64,000 bases of DNA, from positions 124,001 to 188,000 of the forward strand of contig JAQGDQ010000021.1 of NCBI GenBank assembly GCA_030141605.1, in the 5' to 3' direction. Numbering within the stretch: position 1 is the stretch's first letter; the number at the start of each line of letters is the position of its first letter. Under the pieces are notes generated by a model, which saw only the letters and a list, made by a program, of their open reading frames with translations, was not told where the DNA came from and did not search any database. The position numbers were made by a program, and so were the translations under genes. Shown here in pieces: positions 39,401-51,770 of this stretch. Source of the stretch: Tubiluchus corallicola. Lineage: Eukaryota; Animalia; Priapulida.

Positions 39401-42400
39401 TTCACTGTTTCTGAGCAATGAGTTGCTGATACTGGTTGAAGTTATTTGCTCTATAACAGTAACGATTTGTTGCAATGACTCATTGTTCATTTATATTTGT
39501 GTACTAACTGAACACATCTGTTAAATATTATTTCTTACTGTTATAATTTAGTTATTCCTTGAGACATTGAAAGAAAAGTTGCTTAAAAGCTATGTTATCT
39601 AAAGACTACATCTGTCGCTCCACTTTAGGCAGGAATATTCAGGGTGCCCCATTACACCTATTCAGAGTGCCTGGTCAACTGTTTCCTTTTTGTTTAAGCA
39701 ACTCTGGGCCAAATTAAAAAAAAAACATCAACATTTATTGTTAAACTTTACATTCAAGCAAAATAAGAAGTGGAACATGACATATAAACAATACCTGCAG
39801 TTTTAGTCTAGCACGACCACTGACATTTGAAGATAAAGACTTGGGGTCAAGTTCGTACCACTCATCTTTTCCAATCGAAGGAATATCATACAAGGGCACA
39901 TTTATCTGACCCAGGAAATCATCTGTACTTCCACCAGTTTTCTGAGCCACAAGCGATTCTCCTACTTCTTTAAAATACCTGTTTTTAAGAAAACATCCGA
40001 AGTCGAGTTCGAGCACAGAAAAATTCTCAGAAAACTTCGACTTCTGACACAAGCTGATAACTTTGCAACACTATTATAGTTCCTTCAAACACTGTTTACT
40101 GATGAAGTTAACTAACAAGAATTCAAGTTTTCAATGAAAATCTATGATAACTTCTAGTAACAGTATAAAAGTATAGCATGGCAAAACTTTGTATTAAGTG
40201 TAGTATTGTAACAGTTATACTCTGCTTGCCCTCTGCATGAACTTATATGGTAGCAGAATAGTTGTTGCAATGCCATTGTGTATGTATCCTCAATAAGCTG
40301 TTTTTGAAAACACTTAAACGTGAGCGCTGTTTTTGTACTATCTCGTGACGATTTCTTGATAACAGTTTCATATGCTAATAAAACATAAATTAATCTAATC
40401 CTATGCTTAATTTAAATAAGTCCAAATGTACAGTTTGAGTAAGTGTCATGATCTATTAATAGTACTATGAAGTAACCCGCTTCTGCGTTTCTCCTCTGTA
40501 TCACTTTCTCTCTCTTGCTCTTGGCCTTTTTCTATTAAAACCTTCTATAAATTAACATAGTTAAATTAGCACAGTTAGTATAACTAATTAACATAAGTTA
40601 ATTAAACCACGAGTCAAAAATTTTCAATCGCACACAATAGGTTTCAGCATAATACTCATTACGCTAAAAAAATTTCTGCACTGCAACTGATAGAGATATA
40701 GGCTAGCACTGAGCAATGAATCACATCGTATGAACAGCTAACACTGTTTAACAGTAAGTCACTGCCTTACTGTTCCCTTGGTGATACTGGGATAAGTGTG
40801 AAATTACTATTCAAGCACACAAAACCAAACACCCGTGAGGTCTCCAGATTAATTTTGTATAAACACACAGAACACTAGCATTGGGATAATTTGATGAAAA
40901 AACATTAGACCATCACTAAAACATCATGACTGCAGAAGCTGCTTCCAAAATTTTATAGTTATGCTTTATTATAAAATTCACTGAAAAAACATTGTTCTTC
41001 AAAATTTAATACTTTCAAAAAGTTTTTAAAAGCATACAACACCATGAATCAACGAACGTTATGGCGTTATGCCTCATATAGCCATTTTTGCCATACTATC
41101 CCTGCTCTGAATTGTCATTTACTAACTTAAAAAAGATGGGTTTTTAACTCACCTTTTTAAACCAGAAGCACCATGAACAAGATTAATCTTCTTCAGCTCT
41201 GCAGCAACTGAGCAATTTATATCGTGATCCCTAAAAATCGAAACACAGCTAAAGTGCAGCACTGAACTCTGATGACTACACTGTAACATAGTATGCGAAG
41301 CTGCTGCTAAATGCTAACAGTACAGAAATATGAGAACAAATAATGACAGAAGTAAACAAGAATATATTGTATTCAGGCAGTAATACCACCACCCCTCAGA
41401 TGAATCACATACATAATTAATAACAAATACCAACTTCCTAAATAATTGGGTGAGAATTAACTTTATTTCACCTTAAGAATGTATATACCATTCAAAAGAC
41501 ATTTTTGGAAACTATCTGCTGTTTTACAATTGTTGTAACATGCAAGATATGAAACACACAACAGAAACACTTAAACAAAGATGACATTTATATTAGATAA
41601 ACCTCTCTACAGAAATGCCGCTATTGTTATCTGCCTAAAAAATATATATGCACTTTACTGCAAAGTGAAGCAATGCAGGTCTGATTAGCACTTAGATGGG
41701 TGATCACCAAAAAAAACTGTTTCCAGGTTGTTTCTTCTGTCGCATTGCCCCTTCCCCTAAATATTCCGTCTTTGACGGAAGATGTGTATGTGCACCAAAA
41801 TGCAGCTAACTCTAGCTGGTTTGGTGCCCCACTTTAAAAAAATCATCTCTGATAATGCCACAACAAGGTGCATTCAGTGTTGTTTCTCAGCTTTCAGAGT
41901 GCAAGTATATATAAACCTCCATGCATCTCCATCTGCATGTTTAGAACTATTAATTTGTGGGCACTTGTTTTTTTTTTATTATGAGGTATGTAGTTTCTGA
42001 ACGTATATTTATTAGTTGGATACCAGTTCTGTTGGATACCAATGCTTGAGTACATCCCATGAACCACTGCCTACAATAACTGCAACTTTACTGTGCGTCA
42101 TGTATGTGCACTGCACAACTACCACACCAATGAATTAAAATAGTGAGTAAATATCTCATAGTGGATCACAAAGAGTCCCCATTAACTTAGTAACTAAAGT
42201 GTCATTAAATTAAGACTGTCACTTCTAGTCATTGATTCCATACTGGCATTGTGTTAAACTTTGACATTCCACTTGTATTGTATAACACAAACAGTCGGCA
42301 AGGCTTAGACAAAATCTCTACTTCTGGTAACATACAGAAATGATACTACCTTCTGTATTTTACAGCAATGCACTCTATATTCTCAATAAAATGATGCAGT

Positions 42401-45400
42401 GAAATCATTAAAAGATGCACAGATTAGTATAAAAGACGTGATAGTTCATATTTACGAACCATCACGATGTCGATGATTTTAATCAGGTTTTATCCAACTG
42501 AATAGACCTTTGGAAATACAAAATAGTAAGAAAAAAATGCTAAACATTCCAATGTGTCTAAAAAGAATGTAAAAGAACTCTATTTGCACTTGTTTTGGTG
42601 TTGCACTGGTGGTTCAGTTGGCACTGCTAGAAGATAGGAACACTTTTTTACATACATTGCTACATAAATAGTAAACATTAGAAGAAACAAAGATATGTTC
42701 AGTTGAGACCATTGCAGCAGAAAAGTGTTTCAGGAAATTACTGCGTCTATTTTTTTTCAAAACAAGATTCTAGCTATTTTTCAGTAACAAAAACTAGCGG
42801 GGTCACAGCAAATTGTAGGATTTATCGAGTTACGAAAGCAAGACAACCTTTTAAGAAGCGTATTACATTAGATGTTAAACAAACGAACACTTGCTTGTTT
42901 GCTGTTTGTATATGATATTACGTAATATATAGCGTTTTCAAAAATTGAATTTTGGAAAGCAATCTAGAAATGTAGAAAACTTCTGAAAATTTCACAAAAA
43001 AACTAATGATTTCACCCAATTTAATTTCATATGAGAACCAAGCTGAAATATTCAGTACAGTAAGTCCTCACTTAAGGACTCAGCATTTAGCGACGTTTTG
43101 TTTTAATGACGCTGAACATTTAACACCTTTTCTTCACTCAACGACACACTATTTCGTTTTAAAGACGATTTTGCACAAAGCCAATTTTTATTTTATCAAC
43201 AACTTCTTTACTTAATTTGATGCCTTAAAACAGTACATATTGCACTATTCTGTTCCAAAAATGCCTAGTAACGCAAACACTGCAATTATTATATAAGTAC
43301 ATACGTTTTTGCTTCCCGACTTACCACTAAATGCTAACCGTTTGTATGAAGCCAGAGTCGTATGACGTTTGTATGACGTCAACTAAAGAGAAGCCGCTAG
43401 CTAGATAAGTAAGATATATAGGTGGTTTCAAGGAAGCAGAAATTAAATTAATCAGTGGAAAGGTGAGTAAATCTCATAAAATGCTTAACTTATATGATTA
43501 AAGCAGCATTGATTTTGGCCTCTGGAACGTATCTCATTTATTTTATTTTACTTTCTATGGATGTCTTGGCTTTGTTTGACGATGTTTCACTTAACGTCGC
43601 ATTTTGCTGAAAGGTAAGCCTCGTTAAGTGAGAACTTACTGTACCATAAATAGAAAAGCATGTACCAAAGTTCCACATGCAGATAGTCTGTTTCAACATC
43701 ATCCAGCTCACTAAAATTGACAAAAGACTTTCAACAAACATACATTTTAAATGAAAGTGCATAAATAAATTATGAATATACTTCACAAGTGCTATGATGC
43801 AATGGTACACCAAAATATGAGATGTGCTCAGCGCCTACTCATAGTGCTAACAGAAGACAAAAGTTAGGAGGTAATCCTCTATAGCACACATTACTGCTTA
43901 CAAGCATTTCACTGCTGTGCTATTACATAAATGCTTAATCTCCTCACTAGCCATAGCACGTTAAGTTAACATAACTTAATTAGGCCACTTCTATCCATTA
44001 CTTATATTTATAGTTTGGCACACTGAAAGTTGTGAATGAGATCCAACATTCACGTGCGAAGCTTGCTATTACGGTACGGAGAGAATTTAGTTCACTATCA
44101 CAAACAAATCCTTTAAGTCTAAGATGAGACAGGAAGTTGGCATAGCTAGGTATCTCTCCCATGTCCTTTACTTCCCCTAAAATAGCCAGAACGATAAAAT
44201 CACCAGAAGCAGCTTTCATGGCACTCACCTTGCGTACCTTGACCACACAGCTTTATACATATCAACTGGTACTAATGCTGCCGAAGACAGCTACATACAA
44301 TTTGATGAGAGTTGAAGACTAAAATATCAAAAATATGCATTATACTTCGAAATTCACTCTATATTGGATTGGACGTAAATTCGGAAAATTAAGAATGCCG
44401 TTTAAAAATAACGCATGTATGCAGACACCAAACAGATTTTTTTAGGGAAATGATTCTTCTGTTTACTTGGACTGGTCTTACCATTATGTAGTCTTGATAA
44501 AATTTGCACTGTTAGTTCATACTTGATGTATAGATCACATGATGATATAACCACTGTGGTTTGGCAATAAATGGAAAATTGTCAGACAAATAAAATCTTA
44601 CAACTGAAATCTTTCATTCCATTGAGGTTTCAAAGTGTCTTCTTTCACGCTGGAACTTTGAACAAGTTTAGTTGCCATGCCTTCCTTTAAAGATGGTTTA
44701 AACCCTATGACATTTTTCTTTGTCAACCTGTTTTAAATCAAAAATTATAAAAAAAATGTGTAACTATGTACGCAACAGCAAATATGAAATTTTTTTACAT
44801 GTTTAAAGCACTTAAATTTTATTAAGCAACGTCTCTAACAATGGACATTTGCCACTACAAAATAAAAATGAACTTGAGAAATAATCATTTATTAACCAAA
44901 CCTCACAAAAAGAATTTTGTGCTTAAACCCACAATAACAACGACACCACACCATACCACACAACCCACACCACACTACACCACAATACCCACATCACACC
45001 ACACCACCCACACTGCCAGCCTCAAAGTGTCATACTAATCACACCATACTGTAAGCATCACACCACACAATTCACAGCACAGTACACTATACCTCACCCC
45101 ACCACAGCCTCTACACCGATGATGATGGCAGTGACACCTACAACACTAACATCAACAACACAGCAGTAGAGAATAACTATGCAAAATATTTTGTACAAAG
45201 TTGAAACTGTATGCTGCGACAAATGCTATTACATCTACCAATAGTCAATGATGCAAGAACATTCTACATAGTGTTTGTTTACTGTTCTTGTGTTTTAATA
45301 GCTTGTTAAACATTATCGCATTTATCTAATGCAAAGCCTAAAACAGCTTTTACAGAAGTAAAGTTATAGGCAGAGTACAATGGAATCACGGCAGAACAAT

Positions 45401-48400
45401 GTAATGCTTCAGCAATTTTCTAAGTGAGAATCGTCCAAAACGGAACCTCCAATCAACTCATTGCTGTTTCTCCTGGCACAGGTGTCCTAAAATGTGACCA
45501 ACATTGTCGTATATCTCTGTACCTCATCTTTCCAAAGAGCCATATATCTCCTTTCGAAAATCCCACCAGGCACCGTTAGAACGTTTTTCTACAGTGTGTT
45601 CTGCAAAATTTTGAAAAAATCTGGAGGTTGGGTCCAGGAGAATGCCCGTGGCGGGAAACTGTGGCCCTCCTGGGAAATCTAAATACACCTACTAGACTCA
45701 ATGTTGAATGGGCTATCCAACCATTACAGGCAACGCCCCCAGCACGTACCTGTTCTCTAGAAATAAAAAGTGCAAGTTTTGTGAAAAGCAGGACCATTTT
45801 TGTAGCTTTTTACCCCGATTCCGCCCGGTGGGCCAGGTTAAAAAAATAAGCCATTAATGAGAACACACTAAATCGAGAAATTTCGATTGATATTTAGCAT
45901 TTGACATATAAAAATAGATAAAATCGCAGAAAATGGTGTAATTGTTGGAGCTGTAGCCTCGAACCTTATATATATATATTCTATTTACTGTGTATAACAA
46001 CTTACATGTTATTTGGGCAAGTACACAGCAAATAAGCACTAGTCTGCAAATTTTTTAAAGTTACTTAATTTTACTAATTACTAACAGCCTACACAACTTA
46101 CCTTTGCACACATGCGATTTATACCCAAATTGCTTTATATACCACTGCCACCAAACGGTCAATCACAACAAAATGTGGTTATAACGGATGAGGTGCTGTT
46201 CTAACAGTCTAACATATTCTTCAACTTACTTGACTTGTTGTTTAGGATCAGATGGCTCTGCTGGCCTCCTTGGTTCCAATGCAATTTTTTGATAAATATG
46301 TTCAACCATCTCTAACGAAATTATGCCTAACATACAGTATGGGTCACTAAATCCTGAAAATACAATTAAGTAATGTTTGTCTTAAATAGGTTTCTTGTTA
46401 TGTAAAACTCAAGATGCTATCAAATATGATGTGGGATTTGCCAACTTTTTGGAAAATTTGTCTGTAGTATTTTCAACTTAATAAATGTTGCCAGCTAAAA
46501 GCCAATTTTAGTATAAAAATAAAGAATTAAAAAATAAATTTTAATTTATGAGTTGTAAATAAATGTATAGCTTAAATAACATTATTAAACCAGGGCAAGA
46601 GAAAATGTGTAAGGACGACAGGTGACAGCTAAACTTCCAAAAAAAAAACAACCAAGGACAAGTTACAGCAAAAACATGAGACAATCAATTCTTATTAAAA
46701 AGCAAAATTTGATACTAAATTGTTTTTTTTTCAAATTCCAGTCTGAATTTATTAAAAACAGAAGCGAAATAAAGCAAGTTTTCACATTCACTAGGATAAA
46801 AAGCAGCTTTTGTGTATTAAGTCTTTATAAGTCGTAAACTAATTTACCATCTGGATCTTTTGCAACAATATTCTCAGCTTCAACAAGTAACACATGCAGA
46901 AGTCTCTTGGGTGGCTATAACATGAAAAATAAAATTCTTTGCATACACATAGTAATGTAATTAGAGTAGACAAAGGACTGTAAAATATTTGGAAGGAAAT
47001 TACAATTCTACAATCAATTTAAACATTCTAACCCTAACCCTAAATCCAAATCCTAATCCGCTTCACAATCTAATTTCTTGTATACTTTTATAAAACTCTA
47101 TGAAAGTTATTTCATTTTTTACTATATAGCTCATTTGCTTCAACTAAATATATGGAGGAAAATCATGCACAATGTAATAAAATTTTAGTTTCTAATTGCA
47201 ATTACCTACAACTGTGATAGCTCCATCACCAAATAGCCAATGAAAAACTGTTAACACTAGATATCGTAGCACATCAAAATATTGCTAAAGAACTCTGCAG
47301 ATATAAATTTCACTTACAGACTTTCAGTATTTTCTATTTTATTGATACATAACTTGATACCATAATTAGTGGGCCAGTAAAAGCAATTAGAGAAATGCAA
47401 GTGAATCAGCAAAAGTGAAATCTTAATTTTTACACAGCAAAGGTAAATGGCAATTCGAAGGTTCCAAGACTGGCATTTTAAATTCTTCTAGCTGGTTGTT
47501 CGTTTCAAACTGCTACTTTCAGCAATTAAAAAAATTAAATTTTACACAGCATTAGTAAGAAACTATGAGTAATTCGTTAAAAATGTAATTATTGAGTAAA
47601 TAATTATGCAAATTGTAAACATACATTTTCTTTAGCTACTAGTTTCATAACCTTTTGGTGATCTTCTGCATTGATGTGAAAAGCTTCTCGCATAAGTTGA
47701 TAAATCTCCACATCTGATGCAGAATATTCCTGTGCTGTCAAACGAATCTTGTGACGAATACAGTACAGTACTTCTCTATACAACTGCTGACGCTATAGCA
47801 AGACAAACGTCTACAATTAATAGATGCTAACCAAAAAAATCCATCCATGTAATACCACATATATGTTACAGCACATACAAAGAAACAAAATGCAAATACA
47901 CAAAGAATGCAGGGGCTGGTAAGTGAATGGATAAGTGCTGTTCAACGTCAAGGTGCACTGGACAGACTCATTAACCATACTGATTGCGGCTGTTCTCCTC
48001 AACCTTACGGTACAATGTCTCATTTTACAGGATTAGCCTGACAATGAGCTAGATTCCAGTCTTGCTTCAATATTCACAATAACTACGCCATGCCATTGAG
48101 TGATTAATTCCAGCTTGCACAATGCCTAGCCATATAAACAAGCATTAAAAAATGTACTGCCAAGAGCAAAAATAAAATTGCATGACATGTGTTACCTTCT
48201 TAGCAGAAATTTGCGCAGAAGGCTTAAACGTCTTGCTAGCAGATGTCTTGCTAGGCACCGTAAATATCTTGCTATCCTAGAACAAATAGAAAAAAAACCT
48301 TGAATACAAAAATAGTGCTTACAGAGGAAAATACTCTTAAGGACGGTCTCTACACACTCCAGAAGACTCTCAGTAGCCTATAGAAAGAAAAGAACTAATC

Positions 48401-50808
48401 ACTCGTACATGCTTGATATCAGATCAACACTAAGTTAACGGACAAATTAAAAATTTTAATAAGCATCTTGTATAAGGGCTGTCACTTTTACATGTCACAA
48501 ATTACATTTTTAATAACCATCACTTGTAGGGCTGTCACGTTTACGTGTGTAAATGGAGACGTTTAGTTAATTACTCTCTGTGTTTAATTTTGTTTGCTGA
48601 TTTATGCTACATCTGTATATGCTAATTAAACAATTCCTTTAGCTTGCTTCAGATATTACATAACAACTATTGATAAGTTTGTCTTAACAACAGAACCTGG
48701 AGTGAAAGGTCTACTACAATAACGCAAATACAAAAAGAAATCGAGTTACTCATTACTCACATTAGTCATAACCCAGAAAAGCTGTCATATGTACCACTGC
48801 CACAAGCACACATTAAAGTGCCTACATACAAAGAAAAGACAGTTAATTAATAAGCCCTATATTTGAATATAAGGATCTTTCAGTCTACAGTTTAATGTAC
48901 CTTAATAACTTGTTTAGGTTTGTTTTACACAAAGACTATTTCCCAGAAAAAGAATTTGCAAAAAAATTAAAGAGTGCTGACCAGATTTTTTGATCCTATC
49001 ATATTATCTATACCAATCAATACACGTAGTTAGAATAAACTACAATATTTTTGTCATATTTTTCTATTTTGTAATATCTGACTGCAGGATTTATTACATT
49101 TTTGGTGAATTATACCTTCTATGAAATGGCAGTTCTGGAAAATGGGAATTCTAAGAAAAATCTTTTCTGGGAAGATTTTTTTTGGGATGTAAGTTTTTCT
49201 GGCAAAAGGTTTCTTTGAACTTTTTGTGGCAAAAAAACTTTTCTAGGAAAAAACTTTTCTGGGAAACGAGTTTACCCTCTAATAACTGCACAGTAGGCAT
49301 GATACAATGGCAACAAATAGATTACCTGGTATCAATTCGCATCTCATTACTTTTTGCGTTCAACGGACCGAGTGATTACGTATAAACTTATGCACTGCCT
49401 GTGCTATTATCTCTGTGCCTAATAGCTACAATAATTACAATTAAGGACTACTAATTTGGAATTCAACAGTTTGGTGCCTGCTGAGTATATGCATCCTTCC
49501 ATAACAGCACAAAATGTGCAAATAATAAAAAAATTGACAAACTAAAAAAGGAACTTTGGCTAAATCAGTAGAGAGCCTATGCATAAGCAGATGTGTGCAG
49601 ATCTATTAAATAAACCACAAGCTGTACTGATGTGAGAGGCTGCACACATATACCACAAAGGGTAGAGATGCAAGTGCTCCTGGGATAATCGAATACGTAA
49701 CAGAAAGAAACTTAAAATCAATAGTATTTATTGATTTTTACAGAGCTATGCTACACCTCAGCACTGCTTACAAGTAAAATTAACTAATAAATAAAATCAT
49801 GTTACGACATTGACAATAAATTTACGTAGGTAAAAGCACAAAGCTGCAAAAATACAAGTTAAAATACAATAATACAAAGCGTAAATAAAATTCTTTATAA
49901 ATAAACTAAATTATAAGTAAAATATTCATTAAAAAAACATGTCTTTAATTTAGCTTTAAAGTTTCTACATTACTGCAGTTACACAGTGCTACTGCAATTT
50001 TGCTCTGCAGGGTGGAGAATTCACAGAGGAAGCTCTGCTGCCATACGTTTTATTGTGTTTGTCGAGCGGGAACAGAAAGTCGTAGTTGTCAGCTGATCTA
50101 AGAGTACGACGAGTCATATATTTGCTAATCAGTTCTTTACAATAAAAGGGTGCTTTGTCATCTAAAATTTAATTTGCTTTTTTGGGTATCCAAATCAAAT
50201 TGTCAAAAAAATATGGTAAAATATACTGAGCTTTATTGTGCTGTTATTGCAGTTCAAAATGGTTATACATCTATATAAATATATTCTTTTGTACAATGGA
50301 AAAAGCTCTATAGCACACAAAAGTGCCTAATTTTCAGTAACTGTAAAATCCTTTAGTATAATATACACTACTAATTGTGTTGTGGTTGGTACTAATGGCA
50401 AAGGAAACCATGTGCTTTGCAGACTTGCATATGAAAAAATGTGTGTGGTACATGCCAAATGTGCAAGAGTTGGCAGGTCTGAAAACGTTACTTGGCTGAA
50501 AAAGAAGAAAGAAACATGCGAAATTTGCAATGCTTTTTCATTCTCTTAATAAGTCATTTTTACCAGAATCAATATTTTGAAATAAAATTCAGTTGATTCG
50601 ACCATCCTTGGAAACTTCATCTCACTAGCCCATCTCCTATAAGCTATAGAGAGAGGACTGCAAAATGTGCTCAAAACTTTCTAACTCTGGTCAAACCATA
50701 TTTTTTACACTTAATTCCTACCATTCTCATTTATTCTGCATTTACTTGTAGGAAGCCATATAAGAGTAATGTTTAATTGCTTTGTTTTTACCTTTGCCTA
50801 TGATTCAT
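24422..50808 (-). CDS. BAIAP3: BAI1-associated protein 3 / Munc13-4 (UNC13D) family C2A-MUN-C2B vesicle priming/tethering protein, ~30 exons, ~1265 aa as modelled
   Basis: Phase-consistent exons: 50808-50792 and 50636-50564 (both tentative), 48276-48196, 47792-47625 (LYREVLYCIRHKI), 46914-46848 and 46353-46230 (C2A: VEAENIVAKDPDGFSDPYCMLGI), 44727-44602 (TLKPQWNERF), 43710-43666, 41230-41153 (WDHD), 39978-39795 (DDFLG), 39026-38922, 38161-38061 (TILHQHA), 37544-37073, 36154-36030, 34509-34416, 34064-34008, 33672-33569, 32146-32095, 31845-31703, 31175-31055, 30311-30243 (YSTSAVDV), 30011-29835 (LEWPDP), 29501-29286 (LCLTINDME), 29043-28975, 28579-28433 (YLDSNMLLLNTNL), 27657-27544 (FFYQEGEGL), 26668-26461 and 26314-26191 (C2B: LAPLDTNGKCDPFVTVELLP), 25108-24873 (MDHDYLCCNDFAGEA), 24522-24422 (REWDREASAFVK, TAA). 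Further upstream exons near 54959 and 55920 are possible. Confidence 0.93.
27095..27253. mobile_element. Short degenerate PIF/Harbinger-like MITE
   Basis: Ends ggggacagattcaca ... ctctgaatctagccc (imperfect TIRs). Contains inverted ttacga/tcgta motifs and a perfect central palindrome tttcgtaacgttacgaaa. No clean TSD. Confidence 0.55.
33090..33307 (+). mobile_element. 5'-truncated RTE-clade-like LINE 3' end with 12-bp target-site duplication
   Basis: Flanked by a perfect AGTATTATCTGA at 33078-33089 and 33308-33319. Remnant peptides WTKSFRIDL and TDRDTWRDVI resemble the RTE ORF C-terminal DRxxWR motif. Short tandem-repeat tail (ggtgagaaa)2gaaa. Confidence 0.75.
35197..35695. mobile_element. 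Tc1/mariner-pogo-like MITE with TA target-site duplication
   Basis: TA|CAGTAGGCGCCGCTTAATAGATTC ... GAGTCTGCTAAGCGGTGCCTACTG|TA. The 24-bp TIRs have 4 mismatches, and there is a subterminal partial TIR copy near 35648-35668. Confidence 0.85.
44927..45120. repeat. Degenerate (CACAC/CACCA)n low-complexity repeat
   Basis: C/A-rich pentamer-like units (acaccacaccataccacacaacccacaccacactacaccac...). Confidence 0.8.
49135..49265. repeat. Degenerate ~15-bp tandem units (AAAACTTTTCTGGGA-like), probably subterminal repeats of a DNA transposon remnant
   Basis: Repeated ttttctggga/tttttctggca/ttttctagga units, with an inverted unit (tttcccagaaaa) near 48940. Confidence 0.5.
49712..50170 (-). mobile_element. 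L2/CR1-clade LINE 3' fragment (degenerate)
   Basis: Minus-strand translation LDDKAPFYCKELISKYMTRRTLRSADNYDFLFP...KTYGSRASSVNSP, then frameshifted FKAKLKT. This matches the typical L2/CR1 ORF2 C-terminus (APxYL..LRS..YGxRAFS..FKxxLKT), followed by an AT-rich 3'UTR ending near aataaatactattgatt. Confidence 0.75.
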
Positions 50809-51449
50809 CTGCTAAATACACTGTGCAAAAGCAGCTTAAACTCCAAATTATTTTTATAGTGATAAAGCACTATAGAAACTAATCGGCAGTCACAAAGTAA
50901 ACTAATACCGACTGAAAAAGGGAAATGAAAGAAAGTAAGATGACAAATTTTTAACCTAAAATTTCTGAATAACTGCCTGTCACAGCCGACTGATGCGTTC
51001 CATTTTGCGCGGGAGCAACTACTCAATATCGCAAAAACGGTGGTAACACGAGAACGGACGGGTAAAGTCATAGATATAAATCATACAATGCTAAAATTAT
51101 TCTTGCTGGAACATATAATTATAAGAAGGTTGAAGTGATGGCCCCTGGGTAGTTTTTTGTATAAATTTGATACATATATTACATGCCACATGCCCTAACT
51201 GCTATCCTTTCATAGTTTTGACGAACTTCCTGCTAACATGCATTTAAATAAACAACTGCAGTTTAACTATACTTTTTGGGACCCACTGCAAAGTAATCCA
51301 GTGGGCTTCTATGAGTTCGAATATGGATTTTTTGCAACTTATCATAGGAGTTAGCTAATTTTTAAAATCAGATAAACCAGATTTGTCAGAACTCGCCTTT
51401 AAGTTTTTTCTTTGTGTTTCACGTTGGCAAACGTGCCTAGCAAATGTGA

Positions 51450-51540
51450 ATATAGGTAAAAATGGCGCAGGAAAAATGGTATGGTAAAAATGGCACAAGA
51501 AATATGGTGCAAATGGAAAAGTAGGCAAAAATAGCACACT
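51450..51540. repeat. Degenerate tandem GGTAAAAATGGCAC-like units
   Basis: ggtaaaaatggcgca, ggaaaaatggtat, ggtaaaaatggcaca, agaaatatggtgca, ggcaaaaatagcaca. Confidence 0.6.
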
Positions 51541-51594
51541 TACTAAAATATGTGTTTAGGGTTCTGGTCACAGTGGGGGAAATTATTTTAGTTA

Positions 51595-51770
51595 CTTTTG
51601 CTTCTGCCAAGTGCCAAGGAAGCTGTGCTACAACACAGTTTGTTTGTTTGTTTGATTGTTTTTGTCTATTATGGCAGTAAGCCTATTGCGGAAAATTGTC
51701 TAGCAGATTTCCAAGCAACTGTGCGAAGGAAAGTGGGTATATGGAGCCAAAATGGGAATCTTTTTTTCCG
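51595..51770 (+). mobile_element. Degenerate DINE-1/HINE-like (Helentron-associated) element fragment
   Basis: Layout ctgccaag..gccaagg - (GTTT)n microsatellite - aaaa..gatttcca..aact..gaagg resembles the 5' module of these non-autonomous elements. Recalled from family architecture, not from a search. Confidence 0.4.

Noticed and set aside
40478-40532. Purine-rich possible cassette exon in a BAIAP3 intron
   Set aside because: In the required phase it hits TGA after about 10 codons, and the donor is weak.
45430-45842. GC-richer block ending in GG-TTAA (piggyBac/Kolobok-like end); similar fragments at ~10010-10600 and 59715-60010
   Set aside because: Probably transposon remnants, but I could not find matching TIR pairs or TSDs to support a call.
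47028-47060. CCCTAA telomere-like repeats
   Set aside because: Only about two perfect units, too short to be meaningful.
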